DNA of 32,000 nt. It comes from Erysipelotrichaceae bacterium MTC7 (lineage in GTDB: Bacteria > Bacillota_I > Bacilli_A > Erysipelotrichales > Erysipelotrichaceae). Within the stretch, counting starts at the first letter, position 1; every line of letters starts with the position of its first letter. Where the stretch lies: assembly GCA_001695645.1 (NCBI GenBank), contig LVZN01000006.1, positions 40,242 through 72,241 of the forward strand, in the 5' to 3' direction. Below, piece by piece: positions 17,283 through 25,146 of the stretch. Below the pieces are notes generated by a model. The model was not told where the DNA came from and did no database searches. It saw only the letters and a list, made by a program, of their open reading frames with translations. Position numbers and translations under genes: made by a program.

Positions 17283-19118
17283 TTATTCCACCTCAACTTG
17301 TTGATCTTCAAAGGCTTCAATAATATCTCCTTCTTTAATATCGTTAAAGTTTTCAATGGTCATACCACATTCATATCCTGATGAAACTTCTTTTACATTG
17401 TCTTTAAAGCGTTGTAATGAACCAAGTTTACCTGTGTAGATCACAACTCCATCACGGATCAAACGACAGCCACTATCACGACGAATGACACCGTCGGTAA
17501 CCATACATCCGGCAATGGTTCCCACTTTACTAACTTTGTATGTTTCACGAACTTCTGCTTGTCCGGTAATGACTTCTTCATAGACAGGAGCAAGCATACC
17601 TTTCATGGCACTTTCCATTTCTTCGATAACTTTATAAATAATATTGTGAAGACGGATTTGCACACCTTCATCATCAGCTTTCTTGCGAACCGCTGCATTT
17701 GGACGTACGTTGAATCCGATAACGATAGCTTGTGAAGCACTTGCTAACATTATATCACTTTCTGTAATTGCACCTGCAGTTGAACGAATGACATTTACAC
17801 GTACACCATCAACATCGATTTTCTCTAGTGATGATTTTACGGCTTCGGCACTACCTTGTACATCTGCTTTTACAATCACGTTAATTGATTGGATTTCTCC
17901 TTCTTCAATTTGTTTTGCTAAATCTTCTAAAGACATGGCACTTGAAGCGTTACGTTCTTCTTCCACACGTGCTTGTAAACGAGCTTCGGCAATTTGACGC
18001 GCTTTCTTTTCTTGATCAAAGGCCTTGAATACATCCCCAGCAATTGGCACTGAATTAAGCCCGATGATTTCCACTGGTGTACTTGGACCAGCCGTTTTGA
18101 TTTCACGACCTAAGTCATCCACCATTTTACGAACGTGACCAAAGGCTGTACCTACAACAATGGCATCACTTGCATGAAGCGTACCGTTTTGTACAAGAAG
18201 TGTTGCAACCGCCCCACGTCCTTTATCAAGTTTTGCTTCAATTACCGTTCCGTTTGCCATTTTGTGTGGGTTTGCTTTCAAGTCTTGCATTTCTGCAACA
18301 ACCAAAATGTTTTCTAGCAATTCACCAACACCATCACCATTTCTAGCACTTACAGGAACAAAGATTGTATCTCCACCCCATTCTTCTGGCATACATCCAA
18401 GTTCACTCATCTCAGACATAACACGTTCAGGGTTTGCCCCTTCTTTGTCCATCTTGTTGACAGCAACAATCATTGGTACACCTGCTGCTTTGGCGTGGTC
18501 AACAGCTTCTTTGGTTTGTGGCATAACTCCATCATCCGCAGCAACAACGATAACGGTTACGTCGGTGATTTTCGCTCCACGTGCACGCATGGCAGTAAAC
18601 GCCTCGTGACCTGGAGTATCTAGGAATGTTACTTTTTTACCTTTTACTGTGACTTGGTAAGCCCCGATATGTTGGGTAATCCCACCAAACTCACCTTCCG
18701 TAACTTTTGTTTTACGAATGGTATCCAACAGTGTCGTCTTACCGTGGTCAACGTGACCCATGATGGTAACAACAGGTGGGCGGTTTTCAAGAAGTTTTGG
18801 ATCGTCTTCCTCTTCTAGTTCCTCAAAATTGTATTCTTCCACAATGTGTTCTTTTGTGACTTCAATGTTAAACTCCATACCAATAAGTTCAACGGTTTCA
18901 TCATCTAACACCGTATTAATGGTTGCCATATTCCCCATAAGGAATAAGAACTTAATAATTTCCGATGCTTGTTTATGCATTAATTTTGCAAGTTCTCCTA
19001 CAGTAGGTTGCCCACTGTATGTAATCTCAGTAACGAGTATTTCCGGCTTTTTAGGTTCATGCCCTCGATTGTTATTACCTTTACGATTGTTATTTGGACG
19101 TCTTCTTGCTTTTGCCAT
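17283..19118 (-). CDS. infB: Translation initiation factor IF-2 (short N-terminus form, 611 aa)
   Basis: [20 protein letters not shown] and NKMD GTPase motifs, with conserved C-terminal domains. Only ~30 basic residues precede the IF2_N-like segment. Confidence 0.97.
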   Translation of the reverse strand: MAKARRRPNNNRKGNNNRGHEPKKPEILVTEITYSGQPTVGELAKLMHKQASEIIKFLFLMGNMATINTVLDDETVELIGMEFNIEVTKEHIVEEYNFEELEEEDDPKLLENRPPVVTIMGHVDHGKTTLLDTIRKTKVTEGEFGGITQHIGAYQVTVKGKKVTFLDTPGHEAFTAMRARGAKITDVTVIVVAADDGVMPQTKEAVDHAKAAGVPMIVAVNKMDKEGANPERVMSEMSELGCMPEEWGGDTIFVPVSARNGDGVGELLENILVVAEMQDLKANPHKMANGTVIEAKLDKGRGAVATLLVQNGTLHASDAIVVGTAFGHVRKMVDDLGREIKTAGPSTPVEIIGLNSVPIAGDVFKAFDQEKKARQIAEARLQARVEEERNASSAMSLEDLAKQIEEGEIQSINVIVKADVQGSAEAVKSSLEKIDVDGVRVNVIRSTAGAITESDIMLASASQAIVIGFNVRPNAAVRKKADDEGVQIRLHNIIYKVIEEMESAMKGMLAPVYEEVITGQAEVRETYKVSKVGTIAGCMVTDGVIRRDSGCRLIRDGVVIYTGKLGSLQRFKDNVKEVSSGYECGMTIENFNDIKEGDIIEAFEDQQVEVE

Positions 19119-19126
19119 ATTGTCAC

Positions 19127-19420
19127 CTATCCTTTCTTCTTCATGATACTATTTGCAAATCCACGATCTAAGATTCCCACTGCTTTCACATTGGCTCTAC
19201 CAATCGCATTGCTTAGTGCTGCACTACTTCCATCAACGATGTATTTGACGTTGTAATACTCACACTTATCCATAATTTTCTTCTTGGTGTTATCCGATGC
19301 ATCTTCTGCGATAAGCACCAAATAACATTTCTTTGCACGAATTTTTTCAATTAATGTTTCCCCATAGGCAAGCTTGCGTGCAACATTTGCAATGCCTAAT
19401 GTTCCATATATATTACTCAT
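19127..19420 (-). CDS. ylxQ: L7Ae/YlxQ-family RNA-binding protein
   Basis: 97 aa with the L7Ae-like pattern ([16 protein letters not shown]...[14 protein letters not shown]). Canonical position between ylxR and infB. Confidence 0.85.
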   Translation of the reverse strand: MSNIYGTLGIANVARKLAYGETLIEKIRAKKCYLVLIAEDASDNTKKKIMDKCEYYNVKYIVDGSSAALSNAIGRANVKAVGILDRGFANSIMKKKG

Positions 19421-19682
19421 GAACCAAACTTCTTAACTCATCATAAAGCGCATCATCAATATCCACATTAAGTGCACGTTTGAGATACCCTTTCTTTTGT
19501 GCTAAATCAATGGCTTCTTTTGAGCGTTTCAAGTAGGCTCCGCGGCCGTTAGCTTTCCCGCTTTCATCCACAATCACCGTTTTTTCTGGTGTGCGGACCA
19601 CGCGGATCAGTTCTTTTTTTGGAAGTTGTTCCTGTGTTGCGACACACTTACGTAGGGGAATCTTGCGTTTTGTTTGCATCAT
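19413..19682 (-). CDS. ylxR: YlxR/DUF448 RNA-binding protein
   Basis: The ATG at 19682 (MMQTKRKIPLRKCVATQE...GRGAYL) is preceded by AAGGAG, which contains the nusA stop. The ORF-track extension to 19796 overlaps the nusA tail and is rejected. Confidence 0.85.
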   Translation of the reverse strand: MMQTKRKIPLRKCVATQEQLPKKELIRVVRTPEKTVIVDESGKANGRGAYLKRSKEAIDLAQKKGYLKRALNVDIDDALYDELRSLVHE

Positions 19683-19689
19683 GTACTCC

Positions 19690-21390
19690 TTATTTCTCTT
19701 CGTCGTAGTAATCATCGAATTCATCGAAATCGATGTCATCATCATAAACCCAATCTTTTTCTTCTTCTTGTTCTTGCGCTGCTTCAATTTCGGCAAGTTC
19801 TTCTTCCGTATAGATTGGTTTTAACTCGTAGTCTTTTTCATTTGGATCAAATGTAGGTTTCGTAATTGGTTCATCTTCCACAAACAATTGATCATCATCT
19901 GTTTTCTTCTTTTTCTTTTTCGGTTTCGCTTTTGGCGTTTCCTCTTTTTTCGTTTCTAGAATTGTTTCTAGTTTTGATTTATAGGCACGTTTTTCCTCTA
20001 AGTCGATTCCTTGTGCTTTCTTTTCTTTGGCAATACGGGCTGCACGTTCAAGTTCTGTTTCCACTTTTTCTTCAGCAGCTTCTTCAACTTTTTCAAGTTC
20101 TTTGTTGATTTCAACTTCAGCTTTTGATGGTTGTTCTTGTTTTTCAACAACGGTTTCTGGAACGAATTCTTCTTCGATGTATTCATCTGCGAATAACTCA
20201 TCTACGTAATCAGCATCCATACCTGATGTTTCTGCTTCTTGTTTTTGACGTTCTTCGAACACTTTCGCTTGTTCAATTTTACGTTTTTCTTCTTTTTCAG
20301 CAGCGATTGTAGCAGCTTCAGTAGCAGCGATGGTTTTCCAATCAATCTCCATATCTGCAGCATCACTTACGGATTTGATATCAATGGTTTGTCCTGTAAG
20401 TTTCACTGCAAGACGCGCATTTTTACCTTTTTTACCGATTGCTAGTGATAATTGATCATCTTCAACAATGACCATCAAACCATTTTCACGGTTTGGATTC
20501 TTAATAACAGCTAAGATATCTGCTGGTGCAAGTGCATTTGCAATTAACTTGCTAACATCTTCACTCCATTCAAAGATATCAATTTTTTCACCTTTAAGTT
20601 CTTCGATAATAACTTGTACACGGCTTCCTTTTGGTCCAATACATGCACCAATTGGGTCAATGTTTTCATTATGTGAATACACAGCCATTTTACAACGTTC
20701 ACCTGCTTCACGGGCAATTGCTTTAATTTCCACAATTCCTTGGTAAATTTCAGGCACTTCTTTTTCAAACAAACGTTTCACTAACACAGGATCTGCACGG
20801 CTTACTAGCACTTGTGCTCCTTTTGTTTCTTTACTAACATCACTGATTACAACTTTAATATGTTGTCCTTCATGATATGTTTCACCTGGAATTTGTGCAA
20901 CCATTGGCATTAATGCAATCGTGCGCCCAATGTTCACCAAGCAGAATTTTTCTTCTACAGTTTCAACAACTCCAGTTACGAGTTCTTCTAACTTATCGAT
21001 GTACTCATCGTATACAGCTTGTTTTTGTGCTTCTCTGGTTTTTTGTTTCATGACGTTTTTCGCTAAGATAATGGCAATACGTCCAAATGAAGTAATATCT
21101 ACTTCTTCCTCCACAAATTCACCAAGTGCAAAGTCTTCTCTGATTTTTTTAGCATCCTCCAAAGAAATTTCTAATTCATCATCTTCGACTTCTTCAACAA
21201 CCAAACGTTGTGCAAACACTTTAATGTCTTTGTCTTCAAACGAAACACGTACATAAGCATCTTGTAGTTCCACATGTTTACGGTAAGCTTTGGTTAATGC
21301 TTCCTCTAATGCTTCTTTGATTGTTTCTTCATCAATGTTGCGATCCTTTTCGATTTCTTGCATCGCCTTTACGACTTTTTTCAGTTCCAT
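19690..21390 (-). CDS. nusA: Transcription termination/antitermination factor NusA with ~218-aa charged C-terminal extension
   Basis: N-terminal domain, S1 and KH1/KH2 (GACIGPKGSRVQ, LAIGKKGKNARLA) up to about residue 350, then an E/K/D-rich tail. The ATG at 21390 (MELKKVV) is preceded by AAGGAAGGA. The track start at 21396 is a TTG. Confidence 0.95.
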   Translation of the reverse strand: MELKKVVKAMQEIEKDRNIDEETIKEALEEALTKAYRKHVELQDAYVRVSFEDKDIKVFAQRLVVEEVEDDELEISLEDAKKIREDFALGEFVEEEVDITSFGRIAIILAKNVMKQKTREAQKQAVYDEYIDKLEELVTGVVETVEEKFCLVNIGRTIALMPMVAQIPGETYHEGQHIKVVISDVSKETKGAQVLVSRADPVLVKRLFEKEVPEIYQGIVEIKAIAREAGERCKMAVYSHNENIDPIGACIGPKGSRVQVIIEELKGEKIDIFEWSEDVSKLIANALAPADILAVIKNPNRENGLMVIVEDDQLSLAIGKKGKNARLAVKLTGQTIDIKSVSDAADMEIDWKTIAATEAATIAAEKEEKRKIEQAKVFEERQKQEAETSGMDADYVDELFADEYIEEEFVPETVVEKQEQPSKAEVEINKELEKVEEAAEEKVETELERAARIAKEKKAQGIDLEEKRAYKSKLETILETKKEETPKAKPKKKKKKTDDDQLFVEDEPITKPTFDPNEKDYELKPIYTEEELAEIEAAQEQEEEKDWVYDDDIDFDEFDDYYDEEK

Positions 21391-21404
21391 GATCAATTCC
21401 TTCC

Positions 21405-21881
21405 TTAAACTTTAACTGACATACGAATGAGACTAATATTGTCTTTTTCAATCGTTACTTCTTTTTTTCTTGTTTTATCTACATATTCAACTACGACTTC
21501 ATTTTCGTTTGCTTGACGTAAATATCCAATCACTTCATCCATTCCAGCTTTTGGATCTTTTAATTTCACGTAAACATAGGCATCGATTGCGCCGTTAATT
21601 TCTGCGTCGTTACGAAGTTCACGTTCTGCTCCTGGAGAACACACTTCTAGATAGTACTCATAGTTAATGTTATCCAAAGCATCAAGCTTATCAGAAATGG
21701 CATTGCTGACTTTCGCACATGTATCCAAATCCATTTTTCCTGCCTTGTCTAAAATTGAGACTTGTAAGATTTTCATTGATCCATCTTGGGTCCACACGAC
21801 ATCGTACAACAGGCAATCGTTGGCTTCCACCACTTCTTGAATCATTGTTTTTAGATTGTTTTCCAAACGTTTTCCTCCCAT
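21405..21881 (-). CDS. rimP: Ribosome maturation factor RimP
   Basis: 158 aa with the DVVW...L.V.ILDKAG..DLD.C..VSNAISDKLD pattern. The ATG at 21881 has no SD. An in-frame TTG at 21866 lies 7 nt after GGGAGGA and may be the true start. Confidence 0.9.
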   Translation of the reverse strand: MGGKRLENNLKTMIQEVVEANDCLLYDVVWTQDGSMKILQVSILDKAGKMDLDTCAKVSNAISDKLDALDNINYEYYLEVCSPGAERELRNDAEINGAIDAYVYVKLKDPKAGMDEVIGYLRQANENEVVVEYVDKTRKKEVTIEKDNISLIRMSVKV

Positions 21882-21893
21882 AAGTAAAGTTAA

Positions 21894-21913
21894 GAGAGGG
21901 CTTTCGCCCTCTC
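21894..21913 (-). terminator. GC-rich hairpin (terminator of murT-gatD-sseB unit and/or attenuator in rimP-nusA leader)
   Basis: Minus strand GAGAGGGC-gaaa-GCCCUCUC (8 bp, GNRA-type loop) followed by an interrupted U-tract UUAACUUUACUU. It ends 12 nt before the rimP ATG. Confidence 0.55.
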
Positions 21914-21935
21914 GGTTTTTCTTATCAACATGGCT

Positions 21936-21964
21936 ATATTACCACATTGCTCAGTATTTATCAA
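21936..21964 (-). promoter_or_regulatory. Putative sigma-A promoter of rimP-nusA-infB operon
   Basis: Minus strand TTGATA (21964-21959), 17 nt, TAATAT (21941-21936), with TG at the extended -10 position (TGgTAATAT). Lies upstream of the hairpin at 21894-21913. Confidence 0.5.
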
Positions 21965-21995
21965 TGTTTTGCCTAAAAAGTTGTCTAGCAAAATG

Positions 21996-22370
21996 CTAGT
22001 TTAACGATTTACTTAACAAATCCACAATCTCTGCACTAAACAAGATCAGTGCATGTTCACTACCTGGATTGATTACAAGATCTCGTTCTTTGAGTGTTTC
22101 AAACAAGTCAGCAGCATTTGCCTTCACATAGGGTGAACCCTGATTGTTTAAAAACCTACTCATTGATTCTAAACTTAAAAAGATAGGAACAAATTCAAAC
22201 GCATCATATTTCATAGAAAAAACTTGAAGATGTTCTCCTGTCGTAATGCGTTTACTTCCACTTGCGCTGTCTGCTAATAAGTATACATCATGCAACAACA
22301 GTTCATAAAAGAAGCGTTTTCGTTTCTCGCTGTCATCACCAAGTGTATCAAACATTTCTTCGATGGTCAT
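21996..22370 (-). CDS. SseB-family-like small protein (hypothetical)
   Basis: The ATG at 22370 (MTIEEMFDTL...) is preceded by GGTGGA and lies one nt beyond the gatD stop codon (22372-22374). The pattern (hydrophobic core, ...FVPIFLSLESM..., ...LVINPGSEH...) resembles the SseB N-terminal domain by eye only. Confidence 0.6.
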   Translation of the reverse strand: MTIEEMFDTLGDDSEKRKRFFYELLLHDVYLLADSASGSKRITTGEHLQVFSMKYDAFEFVPIFLSLESMSRFLNNQGSPYVKANAADLFETLKERDLVINPGSEHALILFSAEIVDLLSKSLN

Positions 22371-22371
22371 T

Positions 22372-23103
22372 TTATCCACCCGCCATACGTTTTTGCATGA
22401 CTTCGTGTGCACGATTTTCTAGACTATCATCCAAAGGTGCAAGTTGCACTTCCCCATAGCGTTTGGCAAGTGCTTTGGTAATAATAAAATCGGCAACTTG
22501 AGGATTCTTTGGCAACAAAGGACCATGCATGTACGTTCCTAACACCTGACCGTTGTAGAATCCTTCATAACCACCTTGGTATTCATTACCATGCCCATGA
22601 ATCACCTTTCCTAGCGGATGGTTAACGCCACGTGTTTGTCCTCCATGGTTTTCAAAACCTACAATATTAATGGTTTGTCCATCAAGCGTTGCCTCAATTT
22701 CGATGTTTCCAATGCAACGACCAACTTTGGCATCACTTGCAGTATAGTAATTGAAGATTCCTAGCCCTTCCATTTGGTTGTTGTTGTTGTCGATGTAATA
22801 TTGGCCAAAGAATTGGTATCCACCACATATCAACAAGACAAATGTCTTAGCATCAATGGCATCCATGATATCTTGCTTACGACTAACCAGATCATCATAG
22901 AGTAAACCTTGTTCACGGTCAGCTCCTCCACCAATAAACAACAAGTCGTAATCTTTGATTGTTTTTTCTTGTCCAATGCCGCAAGTATCAATGGTAATAT
23001 CAATACCACGATCCAAACAGCGTTTTTTCAACACTTGCATATTTCCACGATCACCATATAAGTCCATGACATCGTGATACATCCAGAGTACGTTTAGTTT
23101 CAC
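22372..23103 (-). CDS. gatD: Lipid II isoglutaminyl synthase, glutaminase subunit GatD
   Basis: 243 aa. Aligns by eye along its length with S. aureus GatD (LYGDRGN, FIGGGADREQ, ICGGYQFFG with the catalytic Cys, GFENHGG, GTYMHGPLLPKN). The GTG start overlaps the murT TGA (GTGA), with AAGGAGGA upstream. Confidence 0.9.
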   Translation of the reverse strand: MKLNVLWMYHDVMDLYGDRGNMQVLKKRCLDRGIDITIDTCGIGQEKTIKDYDLLFIGGGADREQGLLYDDLVSRKQDIMDAIDAKTFVLLICGGYQFFGQYYIDNNNNQMEGLGIFNYYTASDAKVGRCIGNIEIEATLDGQTINIVGFENHGGQTRGVNHPLGKVIHGHGNEYQGGYEGFYNGQVLGTYMHGPLLPKNPQVADFIITKALAKRYGEVQLAPLDDSLENRAHEVMQKRMAGG

Positions 23104-24413
23104 TTTTCGTTCCTCCTTAAAATTTTACGCATCGTTTGTAATGCTGTATATGTCGCAATGACATAGGCGTGATCATCCAATTGTTTAAGTTCATCAATGG
23201 CTGCCTCCATACCTTCACTAACAATTAAATCACCTTCATATCCTTCGTATTTTAAACGAAGTGCCATATCGTACGCACGTTTTCCAGCACATATGATGTG
23301 TTTTGTATGTTTGTCTACGAGCAAGTCAAAGTGTGCATCCCAAATCCACGAGACGTCCGTACCATCTTGATCGTTATCATTTAAAACGATAACGATATCT
23401 TTATCTTCTGGATCTCGCATAATATACTTCATGACTTCATTGGCGCCAGTTGGATTCTTCACTAAATTCAACAGTACCTTGCGTCCAATGTTGAAGGTTT
23501 CCATACGTCCATCATTTAATTCAAACGTTTCTAACAACGCTTGTACATCCGTAAATGGAATGTCTGTAAGTTTGGCTAAGGCAATAAGCCCAGTCGCATT
23601 GTAGATGGCATATAAGGCATCTTGTGGTGCATGGAAGGTTGTGTTTTCCACCACAAAACTCTGTGCATCCAAGTTTACATCGCTAGCTTGTACATAGCGT
23701 TCATTGTTTCCAAAGCCACAATTTGGACAAGCAAAGTGTCCAATATGCGAATATTGATAATATGCATACACCAGTTGGTGATTGCATCGAAAACAAAACT
23801 TTCCTTCACTTGCTTCATTACTGACTTCTTTACTTTCTGCATTTTTATCAACACCAAAGAAGTATACATGTGCTTGTTTTGAAGTATCTGCTAAACGCAC
23901 CACATTTGGATCATCTGCATTTAAAATCAAGTCCCCTTGGAAAGTTTCAAGTGCTTGGCTAACTTTACTAACCACACTTTCCATCTCTCCTGCACGGTCC
24001 AATTGATCACGAAAGAAGTTATTGATCAACACTTTTGTAACTGGAACCCGTTTTAGTACATGTGGAACATTCAGTTCATCCACTTCAATCACTGCACAAT
24101 CAGCAGCAACATGTAAGTTCAACTTTGTATTTCGTAAAAACAAAGCTGTGATTCCAACCAATAAGTTGTCTCCTCGTTCATTACAAATGACATGTTTGTA
24201 TTTTTTTTGCATCAATCGATACACCATATTGGTTGTCGTTGTTTTTCCATTGGTTCCAGTAACCAAAATGATTTCTTTTGGATACGTAATTTTTTGTAGT
24301 ATTTGTCCATCAAGTTTCAATCCAATTTGACCAGGCAAAGAGCCACCACGACCAAGTAGAGATAATAGAAATCTTGATATTTTTACAACACATAAGGTTA
24401 TTCTAGCTCGCAT
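23100..24413 (-). CDS. murT: Lipid II isoglutaminyl synthase, ligase subunit MurT
   Basis: 437 aa. Mur-ligase P-loop GTNGKTTT, a Cys4 zinc ribbon (CFRCNHQL...CPNCGF) and a C-terminal DUF1727-like region. SD AGGAG. Confidence 0.9.
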   Translation of the reverse strand: MRARITLCVVKISRFLLSLLGRGGSLPGQIGLKLDGQILQKITYPKEIILVTGTNGKTTTTNMVYRLMQKKYKHVICNERGDNLLVGITALFLRNTKLNLHVAADCAVIEVDELNVPHVLKRVPVTKVLINNFFRDQLDRAGEMESVVSKVSQALETFQGDLILNADDPNVVRLADTSKQAHVYFFGVDKNAESKEVSNEASEGKFCFRCNHQLVYAYYQYSHIGHFACPNCGFGNNERYVQASDVNLDAQSFVVENTTFHAPQDALYAIYNATGLIALAKLTDIPFTDVQALLETFELNDGRMETFNIGRKVLLNLVKNPTGANEVMKYIMRDPEDKDIVIVLNDNDQDGTDVSWIWDAHFDLLVDKHTKHIICAGKRAYDMALRLKYEGYEGDLIVSEGMEAAIDELKQLDDHAYVIATYTALQTMRKILRRNEK

Positions 24414-24437
24414 AACAATCTCCTAAATTCATGTTTT

Positions 24438-24466
24438 ATTATACCTTAGACAAGTGAAAAGACCAA
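24438..24466 (-). promoter_or_regulatory. Putative sigma-A promoter for murT-gatD
   Basis: Minus strand TTGGTC (24466-24461), 17 nt, TATAAT (24443-24438). The -35 hexamer is embedded in the upstream terminator stem. Confidence 0.45.
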
Positions 24467-24481
24467 GCATCTTGGTCTTTG
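24457..24481 (-). terminator. Intrinsic terminator after the DNA alkylation repair gene
   Basis: AAAGACCAAG-cat-CTTGGTCTTT, followed on the minus strand by UUUUCACUU. Lies 3 nt after the stop at 24484. Confidence 0.7.
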
Positions 24482-24483
24482 TC

Positions 24484-25143
24484 TTAAATATATTTGCTTG
24501 CCTCTCTAATACTTAACTTCGCCATTTGGTCTTGATATCTGTCCAGAAAGTCTTTGACCCAAGCGGGATTGGTTTTGCTGTACTGACGAAGTGCCCAACC
24601 AATGGCTTTATTGATAAAGAATTCATCACTACCAAAATTATTAACCACAACGGTTTCCAACAATTGCGTATTTGTTTTTTCTTTACGCATCAATTGGTGG
24701 TCGATCGCAATACGGCGCACCCAAAAATCTTCATCTTTTGACCAAGTAATCATGATATCGTTTAAACTCTCATCCACTAAACCAATCGAACCAATGGTCA
24801 TATCCAAACTATCCACAGAATCCCACCAGGAGTTGGTTTGGACAAGTCGTTTCAACCGATCTACATCGCTAATGCGTAGTTGGGCTTTTTTCTTCTCTAA
24901 GTAATAACACGCAAAGTAGTGCAACTCACGATATTCATCATCAAAGCAGGTAAACAACAAATCCCAATCGATATCTTTGTTTGCTTCTTTTTTAAGGGCC
25001 TGATTGAAGATATCTCTTCTTTCTTTTGTGGTTAAACCCATACAAGAAAACTGGTTTCGCAAATATGCTTCTTGTTGTTCAATTTTCTCAGGTCGTTTGA
25101 TTTTCAATAATTCTTCTTTCACAAATACATATAGTTCATGCAT
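24484..25143 (-). CDS. DNA alkylation repair protein (AlkD-like HEAT-repeat glycosylase family)
   Basis: 219 aa. The pattern ...YLRNQFSCMGLTTKERR..., WW.SVDSL, FWVRRIAI..QL, F.NKAIGWALRQYSK is typical of the family. SD GGAGGAGGG. Confidence 0.85.
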   Translation of the reverse strand: MHELYVFVKEELLKIKRPEKIEQQEAYLRNQFSCMGLTTKERRDIFNQALKKEANKDIDWDLLFTCFDDEYRELHYFACYYLEKKKAQLRISDVDRLKRLVQTNSWWDSVDSLDMTIGSIGLVDESLNDIMITWSKDEDFWVRRIAIDHQLMRKEKTNTQLLETVVVNNFGSDEFFINKAIGWALRQYSKTNPAWVKDFLDRYQDQMAKLSIREASKYI

Positions 25144-25146
25144 GGT

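Noticed and set aside
19683-19796. N-terminal extension of ylxR in the ORF track (MPKLKQRKNKKKKK...).
   Set aside because: It lies entirely within the nusA tail in another frame. A strong SD (AAGGAG) precedes the internal ATG at 19682, and conserved YlxR sequence starts there.
19690-20346. Repetitive-looking GAA/AAG-rich DNA in the nusA 3' region, considered as a possible tandem repeat or inserted element.
   Set aside because: I could find no exact repeat unit. The periodicity is just codon-level Glu/Lys bias within one continuous reading frame.
16910-21256. Multiple 60-130-aa plus-strand ORFs antisense to rbfA, infB and nusA (for example 16910-17221, 18262-18609, 18760-19146, 20921-21256).
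   Set aside because: They are Ser/Thr/Phe-rich mirror-frame products of highly conserved minus-strand genes. They have no SD or promoter signals and are typical antisense artefacts in AT-rich genomes.
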